Source of the DNA: Eukaryota sp. TZLM1-RC
Lineage: Eukaryota; Protista; Metamonada: BaSk clade
Direction of reading: 5' to 3'
Length of the DNA: 64,000 nt
Assembly: GCA_040285825.1 (NCBI GenBank)
Contig: JAUPSS010000003.1
Coordinates: 2,108,001 to 2,172,000 of the forward strand
A program made the translations under genes and the position numbers. Positions 52,730 to 64,000 of this stretch are shown piece by piece. The notes beneath the pieces are model-generated. The model made no database searches. It had not been told where the DNA came from and was given only the letters and a program-made list of their open reading frames with translations. Position 1 is the first letter of the stretch, and each line of letters starts with the position of its first letter.

Positions 52730-54885
52730 AATTTTCATTTTTTCCAAAATACTTGCGATTCATTCTGAATTTGAGGCACGTTTCTTAACCAACAACCAAG
52801 GAACTTAAAAGCATCACTACTATAATTAGTAAAAGGGACAATAGAATCCTTTATCACGAGATCTTGAGCAGAATAGCCAATCAGAAGGCATTTGCTCGCA
52901 TTAAGATGAAGCCCAATATTTTCATATGAGTCGGCAATTTCTTGAGCAACCAATTCTAGTAAATCAAATTCAATAAATAGAAAGTAAATCAAATGAACCA
53001 ATCAAGGATATGTCATCCATATAAGCAACTATTTTTATAGAAGGGTGTTTTTGCTTAATGATATTTAAAGTTTTGTGAATAGCTAATCAAAACAATAATG
53101 GGCTTAAAGCATCTCCTTGCTTCACACCAGAAGATGATTTAAGACCAAATGAATTATAAATTAAATCTGATTCTTTCCCATAAAAATGGTAGAAAAAACT
53201 CGATAGCTTAGGAAAATCAGATTTAATTACTTCAAAAATTGCTTCTCGCTTTACAGAATTAAAAGCATTTTTAAAGTCAAGATTAAAAATAAAGTTATTT
53301 TCCTCTGCATTAAAAAAATATCCATCAATTGTTTTGATTCCAAATTGATGAGGATTCAAAAAAGTAGAAGCTTTGTTTTTGACTCGATCGAAGACAATTG
53401 ATGCCAGCAAACGAGAAAGAGATTCACCAACAGCAATTGGGCGTATTCCATCAGGTTTAATTCCATTACCAGGCTTTACTAAAGCAATCAGACGTGCAGC
53501 AAGTAATTCAAAAGGAGGATTAATTTTCAAAACAATTAATTGTTGAAAATAATGGGCTAGATCATCAGCAATCTCGGAAGCACTGGAACACGCTATTTTT
53601 AACAGATCAAAAGAAATTCCAGATGGGCCAGCGGTTTTCCCTTTTGGTAATTTTTGAATAGCTTTAAGAACTTCAATTGCAGTAATAGGATTTTCAATAC
53701 AAAAGGGACACTCATCAAACTTACTGCACTTGAAATTTTCTTGAGGATGCAACTTTTGAAGTTTTTCAAGGGTATCAGAGTTTGCATCAGCCAAAGAAGA
53801 GGAAAACAAGGACTGCTTTGCGGCACCATAACGACCACGTAAGCACAATTTTCGGCAAATTTTTGATTTTACAATTCTTCTATTTCCAAATTTTTTCTTA
53901 AAACAATTTTTGTTTTTTCGAGCAAAATATTTCCAGAAGGATGAAATATTCCACTTATTATTTTTCAATTCAGAAGTAAAATGTCTCATTTCCATTGAGA
54001 AGGGAATTGTACTGGCGGGGCTAATTTCTACTGGGATCTGAGTCGGAGTTCTAACGGTATAAGCAGCTTTACAATTGGTGCAAAACAGAAGTTTTCGACC
54101 ATTTCTTGAATCAGTGACAATTTTTTTTGCAAAATGGACAACAAAAATTATTGTTATCAGAAGGGGAAGAAGAGTGAGCACTAGAAGCATTAAAATGTTG
54201 ATCGTCAGAAACAATATTTTCAGCACCTTTTACATCAGCATCAGCTGGAACAGAACATTCGAGAATTTGTTGAGCAGATTTTAATTCAATTTCTCTTTTT
54301 TGTTTTTCAGGGCATGTTCTTGAATTATGACACAAATCGAACATTTTTGTGAACCTTTCAAACTTTTTGATTGTAATCCAATATTCAAAGGAACTATTTT
54401 TTCTTTATGTTCTTGCGAATATTCAGCAACTAACTCTTTTGTTTGAATAGAAGAACGAAAAACAACATGCGAGCCATGATGAATTCTGTTATTTGAGCCA
54501 TAATTGTTGTCAGTGGTAGATTTATGACTTTTACCAATTTTAGCAGTAGAAAACAGATTTCGAGAAATGGAGTTGTTGATGAAGCGCGCAACAGAACGTA
54601 AGGAACGTAATGGTGGTTTTTGTGTGTTTTTTCTGGTACAATGATCAGTTTTTGAATTGAAATTTTTTCGAGATAAATTTCGAGCACAGCTTGTATTGTG
54701 GGGAGAGTGGTTGAGTGAAGGAGATGAGCATGTTCTGACTGGTAGAATCTTTGCTTGGGCGTTCCAATCAGTATCAGAGTCACTATCAGCCAATGGCATC
54801 GTTATTGAGAGAGAAGAAGTACGATTTTGACGCCGTGACAGAAAGTGAAATACGAGAGGGTGGACTAAGGGAGGGAGAAAAAAAA

Positions 54886-55585
54886 ACAGTGCTTTGGTCA
54901 ACATTTCTGGAATTGCTTTAAGAATACTACAAACAATTCTATTGTGCCAGAAATTGAAGTTCAATTCTTTTCCTGCTCTTTCTCTTATTAAACTTCTGAA
55001 ACCTTCAAGAAATTTAATGCCAGATATTCCAATGTTACCAAAAAGAGAAACAGCAAATGGAACCAACTGATACTTGACATGCTCAACACGTCCTAGCTGA
55101 GATAAGGGTTCATTGTACTTTTTGATTTTGCTCTTTTCAGCAAAGCAAAGTGGAGTTTCATCTCTTTTAGCAAAATCAATTGCTGAGTCTTTACAAACAT
55201 CAACAGTGACAACATCAACAACTTTAATAACACCATCAGACGCAGGGGTAATTAAATCAGCACGGCGTTTCCCAAAAGTATTTTCATCTTCATTTTCCGA
55301 TGACAACCTTCGCACAAGTGGTTCAACAAAAGCTTCAATGTGATGACTTTTGCACATAGCGTATAGTTGGTCTCTAACAGCATCGTGAACAACTGAACGA
55401 TATGTAATATTAAATTTGGAATTAAATGATTCAGATTGATGAGCTGACCACAACGACAAATCAAATCATTTGGCACACTACATGGCCACAGAAAACACCT
55501 CATCCTGAAGGCAGTTGTAAATTGATGATCATTTAATAATAGACCATTTACATTTGGAATCTGGGAAATAAGACAACTTGAGCTA
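54886..55585 (-). mobile_element. Family D C-terminal (finger + RLE) fragment
   Basis: RRADLITP..VVDVVTVD..AEKSKIKKY in ORF 54281..55459. Confidence 0.82.
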
Positions 55586-55594
55586 ATTTGGTCG

Positions 55595-55995
55595 TAATAG
55601 AGGTGATTTAATGCTCAGAGGTCTTGAAGGAACGACCATCATTACTGATGTAAGATACATTGAGGTGTATTAATTCTGTTATATCGTTAGCTCAGTCAAA
55701 ACACAATACTCCACTGTCTGTTGCCGAAAATTTTAAAAATGATAAATATAGTGCAAGGTTGCTGACCTTGAATATTGAATCACATACTGATTATGTCCTT
55801 TGTCCATTCGGATTCTCCATACATGGCTCGATTGGACCACTTACTTTGTCTTTCTTGGATGATTTCATTGAAATTGTGAAGCAGCGTACAGGAAGAGGTT
55901 GTGACCAGACGTTTTGGCAAAATAGAGCTAAATATTCAATTTGTCAAGGTGTTGTTCCCTTGGTATCTTATGCTTAGTTATTTCTTATTCGGTTT
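55595..55995 (+). pseudogene. Decayed family E RLE fragment
   Basis: RGDLMLRG upstream; PLSVAENFKNDKY..PFGFSIHGSIG..KQRTGR..FWQNR in ORF 55660..55977. Confidence 0.7.
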
Positions 55996-56919
55996 TATTG
56001 CTTTTGGAGCTTTTCAGACGGCCGCTTAGTAAGAAAAAGAGGAAGTTTGTGATCCCTTTTTACGGTTTCGTCAGTTTTTCTTGAGATAGAATCCTCACTT
56101 TTGATATTGGATATGATTGCTGGTACAAAAAATTGTACGTGTGATGAAAAGCTTGCTGTCGAATTTAAAACGCTCTTGGAGCTTCTCAGACGGCCGTTTA
56201 ATAATGTCAATCATGTACTTTTTTGCTTTGGTTGTTCAGTGTCTTTTTTAAGTATTGGCTACTAGTAGTGGAATAGTTAGATAAAATATTTTTGAATTGC
56301 TCTAGTAGTTAGCTCATTTAATAATTAAAAACGTTATGTTAAAAACAGTTTTATGAAAGAAAAACTTCCAGTCAATGCTCTTTGGTTGGTTTGGGCTATG
56401 AAGTTATAGAACTTGAAGTTTGCTATTTAGTTTTCCTTGGAATAAATTAATGTATTGAAAAAAAACAGTCATTGACAAAGCTAAAAAATTGATAGAGAAT
56501 TTTGCAGAAAACAGTTTATGACATTGGTATTCTTGACGTTACATTTGTCAAAATAAAAGAATTGATTGAGTCGTAGAAATAGACTCTTCCGTGCTCTTTT
56601 TAAATGTAAACTAACACCGACTGCAGCTTGGAGAAAGCAAGTTGATCAATAAATGTTATATTGGATATAGAACAAGGTAAGTAAGTGTTGGTTACCATGA
56701 CTCTTGATGAGGACAGCCGTAAGCTTTCAGCAATTTGAATGCTCGTTCTAAGGGATTTCAGGGCAATAAAACAGACGTATCATGATCGATCACACATTGA
56801 AATCACAGAATGGGAAAACGATATCACAAACATGAATTTGCTTCCATTTGCTCCATACCCACTCTCAATCATGGTGCTTGTGTCTCTATTCATTGGGTCC
56901 AAAAGATAACAATTAATAT

Positions 56920-57003
56920 TCGAGCCTCTGGGAATTGAACCCAGGACATTTCGATATCTACAACATCTACAGTCGAATGCTCTACCAACTGAGCTAAGGC
57001 TCG
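56920..57003 (-). tRNA. tRNA-Tyr(GTA) with 11-nt canonical intron (56956-56966)
   Basis: CGAGCCT/AGGCTCG acceptor stem with C1:G72 and A73, TAGCTCAGTTGGTAGAGC D arm, TTCGA-CTGTAG[ATGTTGTAGAT]A-TCGAA anticodon arm, GGGTTCAATTCCC T arm; 73 nt after splicing; T4 run downstream (56901-56904). Confidence 0.96.
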
Positions 57004-57149
57004 TTCTCTAATTGCGCGTCCATAACCAGAGCCGCTCTGTCACCATAGTCGTATTCATTTTTTCCGTCAATTGAGAGGTTTTCTCTCACTTTATGAAGGT
57101 AATTTGCAACAATTTTTGTTACATATTCCTTAATTGTTTTCGCGTTTTG

Positions 57150-58299
57150 CCATTTTGTGGAGGTCTTATTTTTTTACTACTTTTACCAGCAAAGCAATTC
57201 AACCAATCATCAGGGAAATCAATGTTGGGCAATTATCTAGGAATTAAGCCTTCAAAGATCAGCTGAGGGGGTAAAAGTACACCAGATTTGGTTACTGTTA
57301 AAGTAACAGTACTACCTCTTTTATCTCCTGAACCTGTGATTCTTATTGTTTCAGATCCTTTTTCAGCATAAGTGTAGTCAGACAATGGGCATCACGGTGC
57401 AAGAGTCTCAATTATCTCCAAAACTAACTTTGGATTATATCTGATCAGCATATCAGACGTCTTTTTTATAGACAATGCTGTTTCATAAGCTTCACTATGA
57501 GAAAAATTTCTCGTCGTGGTTACCTTTCGTTTCACTCATTTGAGGGTGTTTTCCAGTATTCCTCGTGCCCAGCGTTTACTCAGAACCAATCCACCACCAT
57601 TTTTTTCCGTCGGGCATCTAAACCTGATGATTTCATCACTGCCCTGGCTAGACTTTGAATAATAACTGCAGTGACTCTGCCATTGTTTAGTCGAACAGCT
57701 TTAATTAAATCTATCAATTCCTCATGCTGTTGAGTTGGTATAAGTGTTGGGCGACCCCGTTGCTTTTCTCTTGAAAATAGCTGTTTTGTGGCTTCTAAAG
57801 CTTTTTCTTGGGTTGAATAAATCTCTATCATTTCTTGTAGAATAGAATTAAAAGTAGTCCGCCAATTCTTAACGGAAGTAGTTGTAAGTTTCAAGTTGCC
57901 ATGATGTCGCACAGCTTGAGGCGCACTGCGTTGATTTTTGCGCATTTATAAAACAACTTTTAATTGCTGAGCTTTATCTATTATAATATACGTAGAAAGA
58001 CGGTCCACAGGACTACTATCAGGAAAAGCAGATACAAGAACGCTATTAAGCTGATCCAGCCTATTGGAGGGAGAAGTCATATTGTTGAAAATGTCTTCGA
58101 CAGATGGGACACTTAACACAGAAAGTGCAGAGTAGGAACAACAAAGGGTAAAAGTTTACTTTGAATAAGACAAGGTTGTTTTGTAGGTGGTGAAGAGTCC
58201 ATGCTAAATGATATGACAAAAAAGTTGGGCGATAAGAAAAAAAACGCCCAATTAATAGACGCCCAATTTTTGTGACGTCCAAAATTTAAAGAAACACGG
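57150..58299 (-). pseudogene. Decayed pogo/Tc5-like (CENP-B HTH + DDE_1) transposon
   Basis: ORF 57580..57945 GRPTLI..EELIDLIKAVR..VTAVIIQSLARA; downstream in other frames LSKRWARG..VKRKVTT and YAEKGSETIRITGSGDKRGSTVTLTVTKSGVLLPPQLIFEG, with stops. Confidence 0.75.
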
Positions 58300-58439
58300 T
58301 ATACCGTGCTTGATGAAAAATTAGGTGGAAAACAGTGGGAACAAATAAAATTGGGTGCAAATGAATATGGGATGTTCTGACAAAAATCCCAATATTGTTC
58401 AAATTTCTCCAAATCATTTGAACTTCGTATTGTTTCTTT

Positions 58440-59330
58440 TATGAATGACATTTCTATTTTTGGTTCTTTTGAGAGCATTTGTAGGGTTTCTGAAGGCATT
58501 GCTGCGAAATACAAAGACATTGGATTAGCATTGAATCCAGCAAAATGTCTCTTGATTGGAAGAACAAAACAATCTTTATTGATTGATGGTACTCAGATTT
58601 CCGTTATTAATTATGACCAACAAGCGTTCAAGTTTCTTGGATGTTGGTTAGGTAATTTGGATCAAATTTATTCCCAGTTTGTTATCATATAGTGTTATTT
58701 ATTCAAACAAAAACAAACTATACGACAAGGTTAAAATTCCATGTCTTCATAACCCAAATCAGCCAAGAAGAATTGACTGGAAGTTTTTCTTTCATAAAAA
58801 CGTCCAAGAGATAACAAAGCTGAAGATAATAAGGGAACAACACCCTTGAAAATAGAAAATACAATTCTGTTTTGCCAAAAAACTCTTGTCAGATCCCATA
58901 AATAATTGAATAGATGCCATGTGCGTAGACCCTTGCAATTCTTTTAACGAACATTTCATTAATTCAGATGTCAATAATCCTCTTCTTACTGGCGAAAAAA
59001 ATTGCTGAATATGCGAAACCCATTCCCTCAGTTAATGAAAATTCTCATGTCCAATATTAGTTAGGTCCCTTTGTTTTTTCCTTGCTCGGATTGTTAGGTA
59101 CCGCTGCTATGGCTTTTCTTCAGGATCTTGATGTAGTTGTAAACGAAAGAACTGAAAGAATTTTCAATCGTGTTAACTGGCAAAACAGGATTGTATTTTC
59201 TAGTTTTAAGAGATTGGTGAAATTATTTTCTGATTCACTGTCTTCTTTTGGGAAATTTTCTGAATATCTTTGACAATTAACTGTTTCGATGTAGAGGAGG
59301 TAGGTTTTGAGGATGTGGAGTTTTAGTTGT
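58440..59330. pseudogene. Decayed B-like fragments (+) with an antisense E-like 3' end (~58690-58885)
   Basis: ORFs 58441..58692 (mutated YMDD region) and 59082..59273; B-type terminus gaggatgtggagttttag. Confidence 0.75.
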
Positions 59331-59760
59331 GTAACTGATGATTTTTTTATTCTTTATTCCATGAATAAACAAAAATGATATACGTGTGCAAATTTGTGTT
59401 ATCCATTTGTGATTTTCACTTTTAAAGAATAATCAGAAATTTTCGACCTCCTTATCTATGTTTGGTCCTTCTTCATTACCACCTTTTCCTCTCACTTTTG
59501 ATGATTCATTCAACTTTTCGAATGCTCGGCAAACTTCTCCATCAACAGTTAATACATCAAGTCCAGAAAAACTGGCATCTGACATAGTTGATGAAGCCCC
59601 TTCTGCCGTTATTTCGCTTTTCCCCTTGTCTTCTTATGTTCCTCGGCCTGTTGACGTTGCTTTTTGCTTCTATTTCGAATGTCCAAGACTCTCACCAGTA
59701 ATCAATAACCGTTTCAAAGATCAACATTTGCGAAAAACTTTATATAAAACAACATATTGT

Positions 59761-60561
59761 CTAGTCAGTTAATGCATCTAACAACTTGGAACCAGGCCTT
59801 GAATAAGGAGAATCGACATTTCGTAGATCTATCCATCCACAGTGATTAAAAAATCCTCGACAGTCAAAGTCAACCAAACCTTTCAAAGCACAGTGTAAAG
59901 CACTTACTTGGACCTGTAGCATCTCAGGTTGTACAGTGTATATGGATTGTCCTTTGGGAGAACGACCATAGGAACGAGCATTGACTTGTGTTTTAAACGA
60001 AAGTTCATCAATAAAAACCAGTTGATGATGTAGTACAAGTCCAATGTCAAGCATATAATTAGTCTCAAACTTTGTTATAAGCAACAACTTCGCCCTTCGG
60101 ACAAGATTCTGGCACTTTTTGTATGAGTACCCATGTCTAACAAGTATTCTGTGAACAGTTGTTATGGAAATGGTTTTATCAAACTTAGAACGGACGAAAG
60201 AACGGATTTCTCGTAAGAAAGAAAGCGGATCCTTTTCAACGAAAGCTAGTAGTTCCTCTTCTTTTTCAGATGTCAAGATACACCGAGAATCATATGATAG
60301 GCAGTCTTCATCAGCAGATTCCTCCTCACTAACATAAAGACCGGCAAGTATCTTCTCCTGCCGTGTTTTGAGGGTTAGATAGTAGCTCACCCATTTACTG
60401 ATGGATGATTGTGAAATTGAAAATAGTTCAGCTGTTTGTCTTTGTGTACAACCAAGATAAAGATAGGTGTACACAGCTCTTACTTTGGTGTCTTCTGTGG
60501 GGCGTACAGACAGTGACTTAAGGTCAGGAGATGTCAAAAGAAGGTCAAAAGATAGCCCCAT
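59761..60561 (-). pseudogene. Truncated Tc1/IS630-like transposase
   Basis: 266 aa, differs from 48106..48906 at only a few residues; VFIDE motif. Confidence 0.85.
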
Positions 60562-60632
60562 AAAAAAGGTCTAGAATTGTAGAGGTCTAGCATTGGATTC
60601 GACCGATATTCCTGAAAATTGTAAACCTCAAA

Positions 60633-61361
60633 AAAACATATTAAATTTTTCATGCTTAAAATTTGCTACACTGGAAGAATGACCCACATTTTGAGATCTT
60701 GTGCTCCTTCCATAGCATTAGATTTTTGTCGTTCTTTTAATTCATTGAGAACAGAATTTTTTGCTGATTTATTGGATGTAGAACCAGGAATGTTGAAAAG
60801 CCATTTATTTTCTTCAGCAAATTTGGGTGGTATTGGATTTACTAAGTCTTCAATTTTGTGTCAATCAGCATTCTTGGGTGGTGGCAAAAATTTTATTTAT
60901 GAATTTTCTCGTAGATTTTCTGATGATTCTCATCTGTTAGTTCCCAATTGCAGTCCCTATTTGTATGAGTTATCTTGTGAACTTGAAAAATTGCCGCCAC
61001 AAATTTGGACCAAATGTTTTCCTCAATCAATTCAAGAAATTCCAAACCGATCTCTTTTTAATTTACAGTTATGCTGTAAAAAGCTTCAACAAAAATTGTC
61101 AAAGATTTTTGAAAGCTTGGATTATGATGTTAGACTTGGCTTGGCCAAGAAAAAGAATCCCGCTTTTGCAAATCTTTTACAAGATCTGTGTGACAGTACT
61201 TCTTCTGCCTTAGTAACAACAATTCCACAAGTTTATGGTACTCTCTTAACCGATTCTGCTTGGACTCTCAATATGAGATTTCGTTCCTTTATCTGGCCTG
61301 ATAATTTACCTCATAATTTAATTTGTAAATGTTCTCGAGAAATTACAACTACTCATTTGTT
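60633..61361 (+). mobile_element. Internal family A fragment inserted in the Tc1-like element
   Basis: ORF 60652..61416; acctcaaa duplicated at 60625-60632 and 61362-61369. Confidence 0.85.
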
Positions 61362-64000
61362 ACCTCAAATGTGCATAAACTTTCGACTTCACCTCTTCAA
61401 ACTTACAGAACCTTAACAACATCTTTTATTACCTATCTGTTGGAACATGTAGAACGATTGTGCCCTTCCTGAAAACATATACCACATCTTGGCCTTCTTC
61501 TAGCCCCCTAGCACCCACAATGTCAGACGATTGTACAAGTTGAGGTTCGTTCAACTGTTGAACAATTGTTGCTTGTTGCTCACGTAAAACCTCTCTGAGC
61601 CTCATCAAATGAGCTTCAGTCAATTGGGCCGTTTCTGAAACAAATTCTCGAGATAGCTGTTGTCTAGTATCAACAGGGACGTCGCTGCCACAGGGCGGTA
61701 TTGAAGGTTCTGGATCAAGTATGATCCAATGAGAGTGAAATTGATCCACTTCCAAGGGAGTGCATGAGTATATTTGTTCCTTGACAATGTGAATACAAGG
61801 AATTCCCAGTGTTGTTGGTTCAACACAACAAAATTGTTCTCCCTAGTTGTTCACTGGTTGTACCATCATTTGTTTTAATTTTTTAATAATAAAATGGCTG
61901 ACCCTTTTTTTATTTTGATAAATAAGGGATTAGACAAAAGTTCGCAATCGACTGCACTGGTTTCGATACAGATTGTTTATCTGATTTCATCAAATTGGTA
62001 CATGACGTATTGTTCCCTTTGATTTTTCTGATTTATTAACAGCAAAGTACTGCTCTTTGGTTTAAATGTGAATTGCCAGAAACAGGTCAGAAGATGTTCC
62101 GATAGAGCCAACTTGTGAAGGTAATTGTGTTGTAAAAGTTGATGGCATCAACAGTAGAGTTGATCGATATAAGATGTGTGCACACAGATAGTAAAAATGC
62201 ACACGTATAACATTTGCACATGGATAACACAAATTTGCACACGTATATCATCACCCATGAATAAATAATCGTGAAATTCAAAAAAAATAATTTCATTCGT
62301 TTTTTCATATCTAAAGTTGCCGAAACTTATTATTTACGGCTTTGCTTAATAACTCAACACCTTCTGCTATATTGCTTGATCCCGCATCATGTGTCGACTT
62401 TGTTCACGGTTTTCAATGCAATGATGCGATGGATAACACCCAGTCACCGCCAGTAACTGTTTCAAAAGAGAGTGGCATTCCTTCAATCCACAGTACATTC
62501 CATAGCTTGCCGTGGTTGTCAAGTCACAAGGAAAGTCGCTATACATTATTGATTGCAGTTGCAAGCAGCTTTCCTTCATAGACATTGTGAACTTAATCTA
62601 TTCACACATCAAGGAGCATTCTCTTCTGTCTTGATTTCACACCCAAACTACTGATTGCAATTGATACTCCTTTTTCGGATTGAATAACACTCTAAATACC
62701 ATTCTATTCAATAGTGAATCACTACAGTCCTTGGAAGATTCCTCGCTTATAGATTTGTTATCAGCAAAACCAGTTCCTTTCTTTCAACACTTATATGGGG
62801 AACTCCTTGGGGTTTTGTCTGATCTGAATTGCTTAAACACCATTCATAATCCATTAAACTCCATTTCAAGCAGAATCCAGGGATCTATTTCTATTATAGT
62901 TGCTCCACTCAGTTGCTCTTTATTCCAACAGCACTGCCAATGTTTTTTTCAACAACTATAGAGAAGAATGTCAGATTTGGAAATTTAAGCATTCTGAGAA
63001 TTGTGTTACAAGCTTGGGTAGTCGAAATAAGCACCACATAACACTCTTTGAGTTGGTTTTTTCTGGGGAAAACAATTCAGATACATTGTCAGAACTTTTT
63101 GGTCTTGATCAACAACAATAACAGAGCCCAACTATAAGAATATTACATTATATTGTTGACGATTTATATTTTGGGTGAAATAATTTATTTATTCTATTTA
63201 TTTAATAAAAAAAGACTGTATCTGTTATTCGTCAAAGATAAACAACCACCGAAGTACAATCAAACATCAAGAACTACGGTTGATTGAGACCAGAAGTCGT
63301 ATATATAAGTTACAAATGCTAAAACAATGGTAAAGAAATATTCTGAAATATATTATACTAAATTTACAATGTTAAATAGAAATCGTGGGACTAGGAAAAT
63401 TTTATTTAAATAAATGTTTATTTAGTATTTTACACAAAATAATGTTTTTTTCAATAAAATAATTTTATATGATAAAATTTTATTTTCAAAATATATCAAA
63501 ATTGTACAAACTTATTTCTGTGCAACATCAATGGTCAGTGATCATTGATGTTCTCTTCTGAGCTTTGAATATGGGAATAAGTAATATTGTAGATAATAAT
63601 TGCGCTATTGGTATCTCTGTTCCAGTAGATTCCATATTCACTGCTTTAACAATGTAACAACCCATATCAGGAAACCAATTTCGCAGCCTTATTAACATTT
63701 TTTTAACTGAAATATTTATTGAGATAAGAAAAATCTATCTAGAATTCAATATCCTCCAAACAAGCGTCACTATTACTAAACCTACTCACAGCATGACGTT
63801 CATATTCTACACCAATAGCTAAACACGCCTTGGAAATCATTTTTGGAATAGAATTGAAAATGCAAAATACAAATTATTAACATTTTCAAGTTGCTGTTTT
63901 TGTTCCTTCAGTAGGTTTAATTTTTTCCTTGATTCTTTTTTCCCACAACTTTTTTCTTTTCATTCTCAAGTAATGAATCCAATTGTTCAAACATTTTGAT

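Larger units (their letters stand above)
46652..54885 (-). mobile_element. Older variant A' element interrupted by full-length B and a Tc1-like segment
   Basis: 5' end ~54885 with a longer, different N-terminal linker (~54350-54530); RT 53087..54226; continues 49261-49300 and 46652-48037. Confidence 0.8.
1..55600. mobile_element. Dense nested array of CRE-like (RT + RLE) non-LTR retrotransposons, families A-D, both orientations
   Basis: Nearly every long ORF is a piece of the same polyprotein type (CSICGISGHNxRTC, LDFKNAFNS, GVKQGDPLGPLLF, YMDD, CKC..HLLNC..H, RGDVILP..DV..AENFKFKKY); poly(A)/poly(T) tails and TSDs at junctions. Confidence 0.95.
59375..62251 (-). mobile_element. Tc1/IS630-like DNA transposon, non-autonomous, bounded by inverted repeats
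   Basis: Perfect 32-bp inverted repeat atgatatacgtgtgcaaatttgtgttatccat at 59375-59406 and 62220-62251 including a TA; internal tgcacacgtata repeat near 62198. Confidence 0.82.

Noticed and set aside
1-55600. Prokaryotic RT systems (group II intron, retron, DGR) or CRISPR array
   Set aside because: Poly(A) tails, 5' truncation, TSDs and the RLE domain indicate non-LTR retrotransposons; no regularly spaced short repeats.
55684-55700. gttagctcagtc resembling a tRNA D arm
   Set aside because: No T arm or acceptor stem; lies within a decayed RLE coding fragment.
57004-57062. GC-richer stretch with small hairpin cagagccgctctg next to the tRNA, possible ncRNA or spliced leader
   Set aside because: Single copy with no recognisable motif.
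62342-63170. Short + strand ORFs that might be a decayed or spliced host gene
   Set aside because: No recognisable domain; cannot be supported without a search.
63500-64000. Broken - strand coding-like text (KACLAIGVEYERHAVSRF) faintly like a YqaJ nuclease motif
   Set aside because: Multiple stops and too short a match to call.

Overview
Eukaryotic, AT-rich window with no recognisable host protein-coding gene. About 1-55.6 kb is an uninterrupted nested array of single-ORF non-LTR retrotransposons of the RT plus restriction-like-endonuclease (RLE) type, most similar in architecture to the CRE/Cnl1 clade: N-terminal CCHC knuckle, RT with QGDPLG/YMDD, C-terminal CxC..H..C finger and RGD..D..ExxKxxKY nuclease, and a short 3' UTR with poly(A). 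At least five related families are present, named A-E here, with A dominant and about 3.5 kb long. They sit inside each other in both orientations, mostly with 10-15 bp TSDs, and there are internal hotspots, tandem and segmental duplications and chimeric ORFs. Copies look near-identical on the left and increasingly decayed from about 52.7 kb. The right flank holds an intron-containing tRNA-Tyr(GTA), a decayed pogo/DDE_1 transposase, decayed retroelement fragments, and a TIR-bounded Tc1/IS630-like element, part of which is copied in inverted orientation into the array. Best overall hypothesis: the edge of a chromosomal domain (centromere-like or subtelomeric) built by region-targeting rather than sequence-specific RLE retrotransposons. 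Many ORF breaks fall in homopolymers and may be long-read errors. Junction coordinates were read by eye and are uncertain by a few bases.
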